From the NCBI GenBank assembly GCA_000388065.2, contig KB932202.1: 64,000 bases of DNA. One strand, given 5' to 3'. A program made the position numbers and the translations under genes. This stretch comes from Fonticula alba ATCC 38817 (lineage: Eukaryota; Protista; Nucleariida). Position 1 is the first letter of the stretch, and every line of letters starts with the position of its first letter. The notes under the pieces are model-generated. The model did no database searches, was not told where the DNA came from, and was given only the letters and a program-made list of their open reading frames with translations. Positions 38,001 through 49,721 of this stretch are shown piece by piece.

Positions 38001-41000
38001 TGGAGGAGCCGGCGCGCGTGCACTACTCCATCACGGCGACCCTGCTGCCGCGGCTGTATCGACTGGTGACGCGTGGCGCGGCGACCGCCATCGCGGCCGG
38101 GACCGGTGCGCGGAGCAAGGCCGCCGCGGCCGCGGCCCTGGGCGGCTCCAATTCCACGGTGTCCTCGACGTCCATGATGTCGATCGCGGACAATTCCACC
38201 TCGGTGCGGGCGGACGCGGTGACGCGCCTGCCGCTGGCCCTGTCGGCGGTGAAGCTGATGCGTGCCCTGCCGGAGAGTGCCATGGCCACGCGGCTGCCCT
38301 CGGTGCTGGCCACCCTGTCGGCGCTGATGCGGTCCAAGGATGAGGCCGCGCGTGACACCACCCGCAAGACCCTGGTGGCGGTGGCCCGGCTGCTGGGCCC
38401 CCGGTACCTGGTGTCGATTGTGTGCGACTTGTCCTCGGCCCTGCGCCGGGGGTATCAGGTGCATGTGCTCGGGTTCACGGTGTACACCCTGATGGAGGCC
38501 ATGATGCCGTCCCTGTCGCCGATGCGCGTGGTGCCGGAGCTGGTGGAGGAGCTGGCGCGCATTTTCACGGCCGACGTCAGCGGTCTGCTGGCCGAGGAGA
38601 AGGACGTGGCCGGCCTGGCGGCCAAGGGCATCGAGAGCCGCGTGTCCCGGGCCCCGGAGGGCTTCGGCCTGATCGGGCGTCTGGTGGTGCCGGAGACCGT
38701 GCTGCTGGCCCTGGGTCCGGTGTGCGATGTGCTGGCCAGTGTGGAAGACTCGCGGACCAATCGCCGGGTGGAGGCCCTCCTCCGGCGGCTGATCGCCGGC
38801 ATCGTGCAGAACCGGCACTTCCCCCGGCGCGAGGCCCTGGTGCTGGCGCACTCGTTGATCGTTCGCCGGTCGCCGGTATTTACGCACACCCAGCGCATGA
38901 CGGCCGCGGCGCAGGCCACTCGGGCCGGGCCGCGGCGCAACCGCGACCAGGACCTGGACCCGGATTCGGACATCCGTGGCCAGGGGGTCGGCAGCACGGC
39001 CTTCGGCATTTCCGCCCGCCATGAGCAGACCTTCCTGGTGCAGTCGCTCAATCGGCCGGATGCCGAGCGTGATGCCGGGCTGTCCCATGGTGAGGCGGCT
39101 GTTCGGCGCTTCGCCGCCAATGCCCACCTGTTCACGGATGCCGGGCTGGGCCTGGTGACGGCCGTCATCAAGAGCCAGCATTCGGAGCGCATGCGCGCGT
39201 CGGCAGCCGACCGGGCCGCCGCCGCCGCGGCCTCCGGCCCGAAGGTCTCGCGTGCCGGCGATGATGATGGGCCGGCCTCGGCGGAGCCCGACCATGTGTC
39301 GCATGAGACCGCCGACCTGGAGGCCGCCGAGTCGGAAGCCGCCGAGATGGAGACCGCCGACCCGGAGGCGGTGGCCCGGCGTGCGGCCCGCATGGCCGAG
39401 GATGTGGCCCTGCTGGACCCGTTTGTCGAGCCGCTGCTGGGGTTCCTGTCGGCCCGGCGGAACCGCCTCCTGCCGCCGGCCCTGACGGTGTCCTCGCGGC
39501 TGCTGCAATTGCCGCTGCCCTCGCTGGATGGGCGCCATGAGACCGCCTACGCGGAGAAGCTCTTCCAGATTGTGCTGGACAGCCCGTCCACCGGGGACGA
39601 GGTGGCCCTGGCGGCGCTGCGGGCCTTGACGCTGGTGGTCCGCCACCGGCCCAAGGCCATCGTCGACCCGGGCAAGCTGGAGCGTGTCATCGCCGTGGTG
39701 TCGCCGGAGTTGGAGAGCGCCGATCCGCGTGTCCATGGCGCGGCCTTCCCCTTCTTCCGGGCGTTGCTGGCCCGGCGGGTGGTGTCGCCCGGCATGGAGG
39801 CCACGGTGGACCAGCTGTCGCGGCTGCTGGTGGTGTCGCCGGAGCAAAGTGTGCGCAGTGCCTCGCGGCAGTTGCTCCTGCGCTTTGTGCTGGATTACCC
39901 GCTGCCGGCCGGGCGCCTGGCCGGGCTGCTGCACTGGCTGGTGGAGCAGCTGGCCTATGAATTCGAGCTGGGCCGGCTGTCGGTCATCCAGCTGCACATG
40001 GACTTCATGCGGTTCCTGCCGGCGGCCACGGTGCAGGCCAATGCCCTGCTTTGGCTGCTGCCGCTTGTGTTTGCCCATGTCGGCGATCAGGCCACCCAGT
40101 GCCGTGCCCTGGCCGGGGCGGTGATCGGCGCGCTGGTTGCCCGGCTGGAGCCGCGGCCGCTGGACCAGGTGCTGGCGCTGCTGCGGAGTTGGCTGGCCGG
40201 TGGCCGGCCGGCTCCGGCCCGGTCGGCCCTCGATGGGGCCCCCCGGCTGTCGGCCCTGACCCCGGCCCCGGCGAACCCGGAGCTGGCGCGCGCCGGGGCC
40301 CAGCTTGCCGGGCTGCTGAATGACGCCCTGGGCGATCGGTTCCAGGGGTCGGCCGCCATCATGGCGCCTCTTCTGCTGGACCGGCTGGTGGAGCTGCTGA
40401 CCGGGCCGCGCAGTCGCCAGGTGGATGCCATCTGGCAGACGGTTTACTCGATTCTCGGGGCGCTGATGAAGCTGCTGCGGGATCACCCGCAGCGTGTGGG
40501 CCCGCGCCTGCACTGGCCGCTGCTGCTGCAGACGGATGTCCTGCGCCGGGGCCTGCTCTTCCCCCATGCGTGGGTGCGCAAGGCCACCGCGCGCCTGGTC
40601 GGCCAGTTGCTGGCCATGGCGGATGCCGAGTCGCTGGTCATTCGTGATGCCTTGGCGGCCCATGTGGCGGCCTCGGCTGCGGCTGTGGCTGCGGCCGATG
40701 TGTCGGCCTCGGCCCCGGCCCCGGCGACGACCGGCTCCTCCACCCCGGACGAGGGGGCGCCCGTGCGGTCGAAGCGTGCTCAGAAGCGCGCCCGTGCGGC
40801 CCAGCAGGCCAAGAGCCTGGAGGGGGAGGAGGCGGCCCCGGCGGCGGCGGCCCCGGCGGCGGCCCCGCTGCCTCCCCTGCCGGCTCCGACGCTGCTGCCG
40901 CTGGTGGTGTCGCTGGCGCGATTCTCCCTGCGTCAGTTGTACTCGGACAACCTGGACAGCGAGCATGGGGACCAGATTGTGCGCAATCTCTTCTTCCTGT

Positions 41001-42346
41001 CGCGAGTGCTGTACCAGCATGGGGACCTGGTGTCGGCGGATGCGGCCCGGCGTGAGGCCGAGGCGGCGACCTCCACCCCGTCGGCCGACGGGGCGGACTC
41101 CGACGATGCGGACTCCGACGACGAGGCCCTGTCCGGCCTGCAGGAGGAGGAGGACTCCGCCGGGGCCGGGGACGATGGCCTGGGCTCTGCCTCGCGGCGG
41201 GTGGACCGCCAAGAGGACTACTCGCTGGCCAGCCTGACTGCCGGGGAGTCGGGTGCCTCGGACAATGACGCCGACGGCGCCGACAATGATGACCCGCTGC
41301 CGGCTCCCTCGGCCTCGTCGCTGGCTCTACGGGCGGCGATGGCCGAGCGCGGCCCGGCGGCCAAGCGCCACCGTGGCCACGCGGCCGGGTCCTCCGAGGA
41401 GGAGGCCGATGCCCAGGAGGCCGACGCCCCGGCGGCGGACATCATGTCCTCGCTGCTGGTGTCCGAGGAGGATCGCCAGCGTTTCGTCTTCGGCAGCTGC
41501 TCGTCGGCCTCGTTGCTGTGGCTCTTCCGGCGGATGTGCCAGATTGCCCGCCGCGAGCACCTGACCAACCGCAGCACGAAGAAGGTATGTGCCTGTTTTC
41601 TTTTTTCCCTTCCCGCTCCTTCGGTCGACACTTGGTTTGTCCCCTCCATCGTGGAAGGGGGGGGGGGCAGGGGGCGGGGGGCGGGGGGCGGGGGGTGGCC
41701 ATGCTTCCTTCCTTTCGCCTTCACCTGCTCTCGGCGTTTTCTCACACCTCCCCCGCTCGTTTGATTGGTTCATCACCCATGCCACCCTCTTGCCCTGGCG
41801 TCCCGTGCCTCGCCTCGCGCGCACCCCCGTGCAACGTGCACACACGCGCACACACACACACAGCGCACGCTCGTCTTCAAGTGGATCGCCGCGGTCTTCC
41901 AGATCCTCTCGCCAGAGGATCGCACCCTGCTGGCGCCGATGGCCCTGCTGCCGATTGTCCGTGTGATCTCCCTCTCGGCGGACACCCTGCCCGGTGGGCC
42001 GGACCTGCCCCAGCGCCGGGCCGAGCACACGACCCTGCAGCGCCTGGCCGAGGAGGTGCGCGGCCTGCTGCGGACTTCGGTCGGCGGGGCGGACACCTTC
42101 GTCGAGCTGCACGATGCCACCCTCAGATACCTGCAGGCCCTGCGCCTGGACCGTCGTCGGCGCACCCGGCAGCTGGCCATCCTCCGGCCGGAGGTGGTGG
42201 CTCAGCGCCGCGAGCGTCGCAACGAGCGCACCCGCCAGTCCAAGCGGTCGCTGTCCGAGGCGCGCCAGCTGCGCCGGCCCACCGGCCACCGGATCAAGCT
42301 CACTTCCTCCATGCCGGGGTCCGGAGTCCATGGCGAGAGCCTGTGA
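30286..42346 (+). CDS. UTP20: U3 snoRNP / SSU processome component UTP20 (HEAT repeats), multi-exon, interrupted by two artefactual insertions
   Basis: N-terminus YTTFAERVTGVD, KLTEWRELDCSTAFSNFSRELMPLCGSLPLVLFNRERIVECFEKHL and FAFDLQDEFLPLFP. Later YVRRFAAESFAFLFRR, ENVFHLQASRRTQAL, LRRGYQVHVLGFTVYTL, LLLRFVLDYPL, LAYEFELGRLSV and LLFPHAWVR. Stop at 42344-42346. Confidence 0.93.
34938..35640. other. Illumina adapter remnants (assembly artefact) flanking a 666-nt library fragment
   Basis: CACGACGCTCTTCCGATCT at 34937-34955 and its reverse complement AGATCGGAAGAGCGTCGTG at 35622-35640 are the Illumina paired-end adapter end. Each adjoins an exact duplication: 34792-34937 = 34956-35101 and 35462-35621 = 35641-35800. 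Confidence 0.95.
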
Positions 42347-42777
42347 GGAGGCGGCCAGCCCGGCGGACACAAGTGAGGTCCCTTTCTCCATCCTCTCTCC
42401 TTTTCTCCCCCCTTCCCCATGGCGGCCACATGCGCCAATGCCGGCTTCCTTGGCTCCCGGTGCTCTGTGCTCTGGCCATTGGTCTTCCCTTCCGCGCCCT
42501 CCTTTTCTTTCGTGTGGCGGCCGCCTCGGCCGCGCAACCAATAGACTATCTGTTTCAAAGAACGAAGGAAAGCACTCCCCCCCCCCCTTCGCTGGGGAGG
42601 GCTGGGCAGTCGAGTCGGGGCATGTATTGTGTCTGCGACTGCGCGCGCGTGTGTGTGTGTGTGCTTCCGACATTCGGAGGGCGGAGCGAGAGAGGCTTGG
42701 CGGCCTGCCCCATCTATGAGCGCCAGATCGACGCGCGGAGCCGACCACAAAGACCTCATCTTCACGCCGGTAGTGGC

Positions 42778-43985
42778 TCACTCCTCAGCGGGAGCAGTCT
42801 CCTCGGCCGGGGTGATCTCCTCGGCAGGGGCAGGCTTCTCGGCGAGGGCAGGCTTCTCCCCCTCCGGCTCGGCGGGGGCCAGCTTCGCCTTCTTGGCCTT
42901 GGGCTGCTTGGGGGCCTGGTCGAGCTTGATCGCGCCCTTGCGCGTGGGAATGACCGCCTCCAGGACGGCCGGCCAGTCGCCATCCCTCCGGAAGGCCTCC
43001 AGCAGGATGTGGTGGACTGTGGGCCGGGGACGGCACCGGAAGGGGGGAGGGAGGGAGGGAGGGAGGCAGGGGGCTGGTCAATGGGTGTCCGGGGCAAATG
43101 CGAGGCAGGGCATCCGAGAGCGGGGTGGCCCTCGGCCGCGTACCCTGGTTGATGGTAAGCACATGGCGGGTGTCCAGGCGGATGTGCTCGCTGATGGGCA
43201 GCCGAGCGGTCCGGACGCCGGCCTGACGGGCCCGCTCATAGCACAGGCCGGGATGGTGGTTGTTGTCCACCAGATTACCGATGACATAGATGTGCCCCGG
43301 GGCAATTTTCTCCACGACATTCGGTGACTCAGCCGTCAGGTAGATGACGCGGGATTGCCACTGGGCCGGGTCCACTTCCTCGGTCGGGCGGCCGGTCTCC
43401 GCGTCCATGTGCAGGGCCAGGCCGTGATTGGAGGTGTGGCTGGGAGTCTGGCCAGGGGTGTGGCTGGGAGTCTGGCCAGGGGTGTCACTGGTAATCTGGC
43501 CAGGGGTGTCATTGGGAGTCTGGCTGGGGCTTACCTTCGCGATCTGCTCGCCAGCCTGCTCGCCAGCCTGCTCGGTGGTTTGCCCAGCAGACTGGTCCAT
43601 GTCCTGGTCAGGGGCACCCTGCTCGGCGGTCTTGGCCGAGGAAGCCCCTGGCCCGGCCAAGATCCGGGCCACAAGCGACGGCAGCTCCTCGGTCAGGCTG
43701 CCCTGCATGAAGTTGACCCCGCCGGCGCGTCGCCACTCGCTCCAGCTGCAGCAGCGGTCCATGCGCTCGCGGTACTGCCCCCCGAAGGAGGTGGCATGCA
43801 GGTGGAACGGGTACTCGGCCCGGGCGTTGAGCGCATAAATGTGCTCGGTCTGGCGCACAAGCGAGTTGATTTGCTGCGGACCGCGGCCGACCAGGAGAGG
43901 GCATGTGCGTGTGGTCAGCGGTCCGCCGGGGCAAACGCATGAAATGCATGGCCACGCAATGGCAGGCATTCATGTATGTGTGGCA

Positions 43986-44033
<48 letters not shown>

Positions 44034-44553
44034 TCGATGCCGATGTACGCGCAGCTGGCCGACACCGATGGCCCGGGCGCACCTTCTCGCTCATCAGCTC
44101 GTCAAAGCTGCTGTCCAGCACCACATGCACACCGCTGGTGATGAGGGTGTCGTCCATGGGGTCCATCTTGCGCGCGCGCTTGCGCAGGTGCAGGTTCAGC
44201 TCCTTCAGCACGGCCGCCTCGTCGAAGGAGGTCTCCTCGCGCTCATGCTGCTCCTTGATCTCCAGGAACTGCCGGAGGAGGCCGGCCCGCGCGCGGCGCT
44301 TGTCGATCCGCTGCTGCCGGCGGTCCTCGCGGCGCTGCTCGGATTTGGCCTCCCACTCCTGCTGCCGGCGCAGGCGGCGCTGCTGGTTCTTCGACAGCTT
44401 GGGAGCCGCCTCGCTCGCCGAGGGGGTGCCCCCCTCAGCAGGAGAGGCCGTTTCGGAGAGAGGGGCATGCTCAATGGGGGAGGCGGCCTCCGTGGCCATT
44501 GGGGCCATTTCGTCGGTTGCCGGGCTCGGCGGGACGTCGTGAGCGTCTACCAT
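42778..44553 (-). CDS. TRM10: tRNA (guanine-N1 at position 9) methyltransferase Trm10 (SPOUT family), 3 exons
   Basis: KLSKNQQRRLRRQQEWE, VVLDSSFDELMSEK|QINSLVRQ, VIYLTAESPNVVEKI..GHIYVIGNLVDNNHHPGLC..RA...GVRTARLPISEHI....RHVLTINQ|VHHILL....DGDWPAVLEAVIPTRK. ATG at 44553, stop at 42778-42780. Confidence 0.92.
43433..43525 (-). repeat. Imperfect 24-nt coding tandem repeat (PGQTPSHT-like) inside TRM10
   Basis: Units such as ggtgtggctgggagtctggccagg encode QTPNDT/PGQITSDT/PGQTPSHT/PGQTPSHT. Confidence 0.8.
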
Positions 44554-44880
44554 GGTGCTGGGGGGGGGGGGGGGATCGGGTGCGAAGAAAAATAAAAAGG
44601 CGAAGGGCGGATGCCGTGCGCGCGCGCGAAAAAAAAAGAAGGCCGACTGGCAGGGGACAGGCACACAAAGAGCGGGGAGGGGGGAGCAGGTGCAGGATGG
44701 CGGCTGGGGGGCTGGCAGCGGCGGTGGATCGCGCCGCCCGCTCCCGGCTCTTGAGGGCGCGCGGCCGGGCGTTCCCCCGCCCCTCCCCGGTCGATCCCCC
44801 CCCTCTGGGCCGGGCCACGCGCCAGCGCCCGCTGATCGGCCGAGCAGCCACCGCTCGCCGGGCTGGCCCCCCCGGGCCCC

Positions 44881-46083
44881 ATGGAGCGGGAGCTCCAGCG
44901 ATACGGCCCCCTGCGTTGGGACTTCGAGCGGGGCGCTGTTGGCTGTGCGGCGGGATTGATTGCCTGGCGGCCCGTCGCCCGGGCGCCCTGTGCGTCACGC
45001 CAACACCCTCCGCCCTCCGCCCGCCCCCCCTCCTCTGCCGTTCCTCCCTCTGCGCCGCTCTTCTCCCCCCTCCCCCCCCAACACCGCGGCCCCCCCCCCT
45101 GGTGCGTGGTCCCCCCCCCCCCCCCGCCCTCCCCTCCCCCAGATCGACCGCGTTCCCTGTTTTTTCCACGGCCTTTCTGACACACGCCCACGTATACACC
45201 CTCCCGCCCGCCCGCCCGCCCGCCCGCCCACACGCACGCACGTACACATACGCACCCGCCTGCGGCCCCCGATGCAGAGCTCATCGACAAGTGCATTGGC
45301 TCGCGCATCTGGCTGCTCCTGCACGGCGAGTCCGAGCTGGTGGGCACCCTGTGCGGCTTCGACCAGCATGTCAGTGCGTCCAATCCGGCCCCTTGGCCAG
45401 CTGCCTCCTCCCTGGCTTGCCATGTGCCGCGCGGGGGTTCTTTCCTCTGGTTGCCAGACCGTACATTGCGTGGTCCTAACGGCCCCTGCCCCTCTCCACC
45501 TCCCTCCCTCGCTCCCTCGCTCCCTCGCTCCCTCCCCCCCTCTCTCTCTTTCCTTCCCCCCGTCCACCCCAGACATGGTCCTCGAGGATGTCACCGAGAT
45601 GTGCGTTCGCCGGCCTCCCCCTCCTCTTCCCTGGCATGGCGCCCTCCCTCGCCCACACAGACCGCCTCGCCCGCCCCTGCCGCAGGCCTTCTCACGCCGT
45701 GACCGCCGGCCCCGCCGCCCCCTCTCGCAGTCAAGTGAACCCGGATGGCTCGCGTCTGCAGCTCCCGGTTCGCAAGTCCATGCTCCTGAGCGGGAACAAC
45801 ATTGCCATGGTTCGACCTTTTTGCGCGCCCCGATCGTGCGCGTGTCGCCCCGCTTCATCTCGCTCTCCTCCCACGCCTGACATGTTGTTTGCCCGCGCCT
45901 GCACCTCCTCGCCCGTCTGCCCGTTGGCCTGCCCGCGCGGTAGCTCATCCCCGGTGGATCGTACGTTCATCTTCCTCTCCTCCCGCCCGCCCGCCCCCCC
46001 CTCCCCCCCCTGTAATATGCTTCCCGCACCGATCTAATCTCCCTGCTTCCTTTTTGCCCAGCCCCTCCGACATCTCAGCCTGA
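44881..46083 (+). CDS. LSM5: U6 snRNA-associated Sm-like protein LSm5, 6 exons (44881-44914, 45278-45373, 45573-45600, 45731-45809, 45944-45960, 46062-46083)
   Basis: The exons sum to 276 nt, giving 91 aa plus stop: [91 protein letters not shown]. Sm1/Sm2 motifs are typical of LSm5. Exon 1 is the least certain. Confidence 0.9.
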
Positions 46084-46168
46084 GCCCACCCGGCCGCCGG
46101 GTCGCTCGCCCCCCCCTGGGCCCGGGGCTCGGCATCTGGCCGACTCCCCCCTCACACCTCAGTCCACG

Positions 46169-46174
46169 AATAAA
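46169..46174 (+). promoter_or_regulatory. Candidate polyadenylation signal for LSM5
   Basis: AATAAA about 85 nt after the LSM5 stop, in otherwise GC-rich DNA between convergent LSM5 and FEN1. Confidence 0.4.
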
Positions 46175-46417
46175 TGCCCCCTGTACAGTACTTTCACGGC
46201 CATGGATCTCTCTATTGCACACGCTATTCTTCCAGCCAAGGGGGAGGAGGGAAGTGTATGTGTGTGTGTGTGTGCGGCGTGCGACGTGCGACGTGCGACG
46301 TGCGCATGCGTGTGTGTGTGTGTGTGTGTATATAAGGCAGTGTGACAAGGAAAAGGAGCAACGCATCCCCCACCAAGGCAGGGGCCCGCCGCATTCAGCC
46401 GCTCACGCTGCAAGGCG

Positions 46418-46905
46418 CTACCGCTTGCCGGCGCCGGTCTTCAGGGACTTGGCCTTCTTGGCGGCGGTGGTCGTCGCGGCCGAGGGCTTCTTCTTGTTGG
46501 CGGCGGCCTTGTCGGCCGGGGCCCGGGGGAGGACCTTGAAGAAGCCATCCAGGCGGCTCTGCGTCGAGTCGCTGCGAGCCTTGTCCAGGCGCTGGATCAC
46601 CGAGCGCACGCGCTCCTCACTGTGCCGCCGTGCGCACGCGCGCGCGCACGAGAGGGAGAGAGACAGAGAGGGAGAGAGAGAGAGGGAGAGAGAGAGGGAG
46701 AGAGAGAGGGAGAGAGAGAGAGGGAGAGAGAGACAGAGAAGCAGACTGTCAGTGGCAGGAAAGCCTCACCATCCCGGTCTCACTGGCTCCTGGGCAGGAA
46801 AGGATCAAAGCAAGAAGAGGCTGGCACGCACTTGAACCCCTTCTCGGTCACCAAGAACTTGACAATGCCCTCCTCATCGGGGCTCGACCACTTAAGCTGC
46901 ATGTG

Positions 46906-46950
<45 letters not shown>

Positions 46951-48610
46951 AAGGGGCGGGGGAGAAGCACATCAGCAAAGATCCTCGCCGAGTCAGACCG
47001 AGGCAATGACCTCCGGCAACCCCCCTCCCCCCCCCACGCGGCAGACAGACATACGCAGGCAGGCGCCTGCGGGAGGTGGAGGCAAGGAAAGGGGGGAAGA
47101 GCGACGCACCTCAATGTCCGCCACCGGGGTCACCTCCGGAGACCGGAACAGCTCGCGGACCTCCTTGTAGGGCCAGTTCTCCGGGACGGTGTACCTCTTG
47201 GGGTCCAGATTCTCCAGGATGGTCTCGATGTTGCGGTGCTTGCGGATGAATTCCAGGGCACGCTTGGGGCCGACGCCGCGGATGGTGTCGCAGAAGTCAC
47301 ACCCCAGCAGGATGCACAGGTCGATGAACTCGTCCATCGTGAGTTCCAGCAGCTCCAGCACCCGGGGGAGGGAGTACTCGGCGATCGGCACCTTGCGCGC
47401 CTCGCTGTATGTCAGATGCCGGAGCAGGATGGTCGACCCGCACGTCAGCGAGTCCATATCCTCGGAGGCGGTGGCATACACCAGCCCTTTGGCGGCCATG
47501 ACGGCGCACTGGGCCTCTGCCTCGCAGGGGGCCTCGATGTAGGGGATGCCCATGAGCGTGAGCAGGCGCTTGCACTCGGCCGTGTGCTCGGCCGTGACGC
47601 GCACCGTCCGCCGGGAGAACTTGTCCATGTCCGCCTGGTTGCCTGGGGACGGGGCAGGATGGATAGGGGCCGGGGGCGGGGGGGGCAGGGGGGGTCGTAG
47701 CCCGGCGGGGAGCAGCGAAAAGGCGAGCGGTCAGTGTGCGGGGACGTTTGCGCGGTGTGTCGGGGCCTGGCATGGACCGGGCCCCTTGCGCGCATATCGC
47801 TGCTCGTGCGCATGGCCGGCTCCTTGCCGGGCCCTCGGCGACACGTACCCTGCTCAGTGGCCGTCTTCAGGCTCTCTTCGGCCTGCTGGCGGCGCTCCGA
47901 GCGTTTGGACAGCTCGCCGCCCTTGAGGGCCGGCGGCTTGCCATCGAACACGTACACGGGCTTGATGCCGTTCTCGACCATGCGTGCCGTGCGGTAAAGC
48001 ATGCCCATGAGGTGGCTGCCGGTGGGGCGGGTGCGGGGGGCGGGGNNNNNNNNNNNNNNNNNNNNNNNNNNNNNNNNNNNNNNNNNNNNNNNNNNNNNNN
48101 NNNNNNNNNNNNNNNNNNNNNNNNNNNNNNNNNNNNNNNNNNNNNNNNNNNNNNNNNNNNNNNNNNNNNNNNNNNNNNNNNNNNNNNNNNNNNNNNNNNN
48201 NNNNNNNNNNNNNNNNNNNNNNNNNNNNNNNNNNNNNNNNNNNNNNNNNNNNNNNNNNNNNNNNNNNNNNNNNNNNNNNNNNNNNNNNNNNCGGGGCTCC
48301 GGAGCAAAGGAGAGAGGGGGGGGGGGGGGGGGAGACCGCCTGGGGAAATCGGAGGGCCAACGCCCGACAGAAGAGGCGGGGAGGGAAAGACAAGAAAGCG
48401 GGCGGGCGCTCGGCCGGCGCACCTGGTGACCTGGCCCGAGTCATTGGTCAGCACACCGCCGTCGGCCTGGCGCACGGCGATCAGGAACTGGTAGATGGAC
48501 ATCGACGCGTCGATGGCGATCTTCCGGCCGAACAGATGCTTGATCTCCATGTGCCGGACCGCCGTGCCGGCGACGTCGGCAATCAGCTGCGAGAGGCCGC
48601 GGATACCCAT
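46418..48610 (-). CDS. FEN1: Flap endonuclease 1, multi-exon (an N gap lies in intron 1)
   Basis: [12 protein letters not shown]...[96 protein letters not shown], and C-terminal PIP box QSRLDGFF. Confidence 0.96.
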
Positions 48611-49214
48611 TCTTCAAGGTCACTAAGCAGGGGGCAGGAGGATGGGCGAGGGGGGCGAGGGGGAGAAGGCCGGAGGAAGAGCGGGGGCCGATTGCAGGGT
48701 AGACAAGGGGGGCGGGGGGGGGGGGGGGGGGGGGGGGGGCGGGGGAACTGGCGCGCCTCCCAGGCCCGCTGGGCTGGCGGTAACGGCCAATTTAAACCCA
48801 CACGGGCTTTTGCGGCGGCCTGCCAGCGGGGCGGCCCGGGGCAGCAGGTCGGTTGGCATGCGCCGCCCGGCCCCAGGATGGATTGGCACTGGGGGGGCTT
48901 TTGCGGCGGCCCGCTCGGCGGCCTCCCGCCACAGGCGCGGGAAGGGGGCGGCGGCGGGGGAGCGGGGAGCGGGGAGCGGGGACCAGGGAATGTCGCTTGA
49001 AGCGGGGGAGCCCCTGTGCCGATTGTTCTCAGCCCCGGGCGCTTTGTGGCCGCGCCGGTGGCAGGGTCGCCCGGTCCCCCGGCTGGCACATGGGGGCCGA
49101 GGCCGGACATATTGGCAGGGGCCCCCTGCGGGGCAATGCGGGCAATATAACCCCGGTCGGGCCGCCAAGCCCTGCGCCGATCTCCGCGAGAATTTGTTTA
49201 CCTGCCCTGTTGTG

Positions 49215-49245
<31 letters not shown>

Positions 49246-49721
49246 ACATGCGCCTCGGACGGAGGTGGCCGGCGTACGCCCGGATGTCCGGATGCGGTGT
49301 TCCCGCGCAATCTCGGCCAGCCCGCCGGCCCGCACCCCAGGCAACTGCCAGACACCCCAAGGGGCCCCCGCCTGCCTGGCATGCTTGCCCGGCCCCGAGG
49401 CCAGCGCTTCCCTCCTCCCACTTGTCCCCCCGTTCGCCTCCCTTTGCTCGTGTCTCGCCTTACCTCGGTCCCTGCGTCGGGCCTCTCTGCTGGTGTCGGG
49501 TCCGTCGCACCACAGGTTGGGCCACCTCACCACGCCTCCCCCTCCAACTGCAAACACACGCACACACGCACACNNNNNNNNNNNNNNNNNNNNNNNNNNN
49601 NNNNNNNNNNNNNNNNNNNNNNNNNNNNNNNNNNNNNNNNNNNNNNNNNNNNNNNNNNNCACACACACACGCGCACACACACACGCCCTCCCCCTCATCC
49701 CCGCCCCGCCACATCTCCACA

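Noticed and set aside
35498-41212. 1,904-aa antisense ORF opposite UTP20 (and similar long antisense ORFs opposite other genes)
   Set aside because: Shadow ORF. High GC3 on the coding strand depletes stops on the opposite strand, and it has no recognisable motifs.
45805-45820. GTTCGA as a possible tRNA T-loop
   Set aside because: It is an LSM5 splice donor. No cloverleaf or A-box surrounds it.
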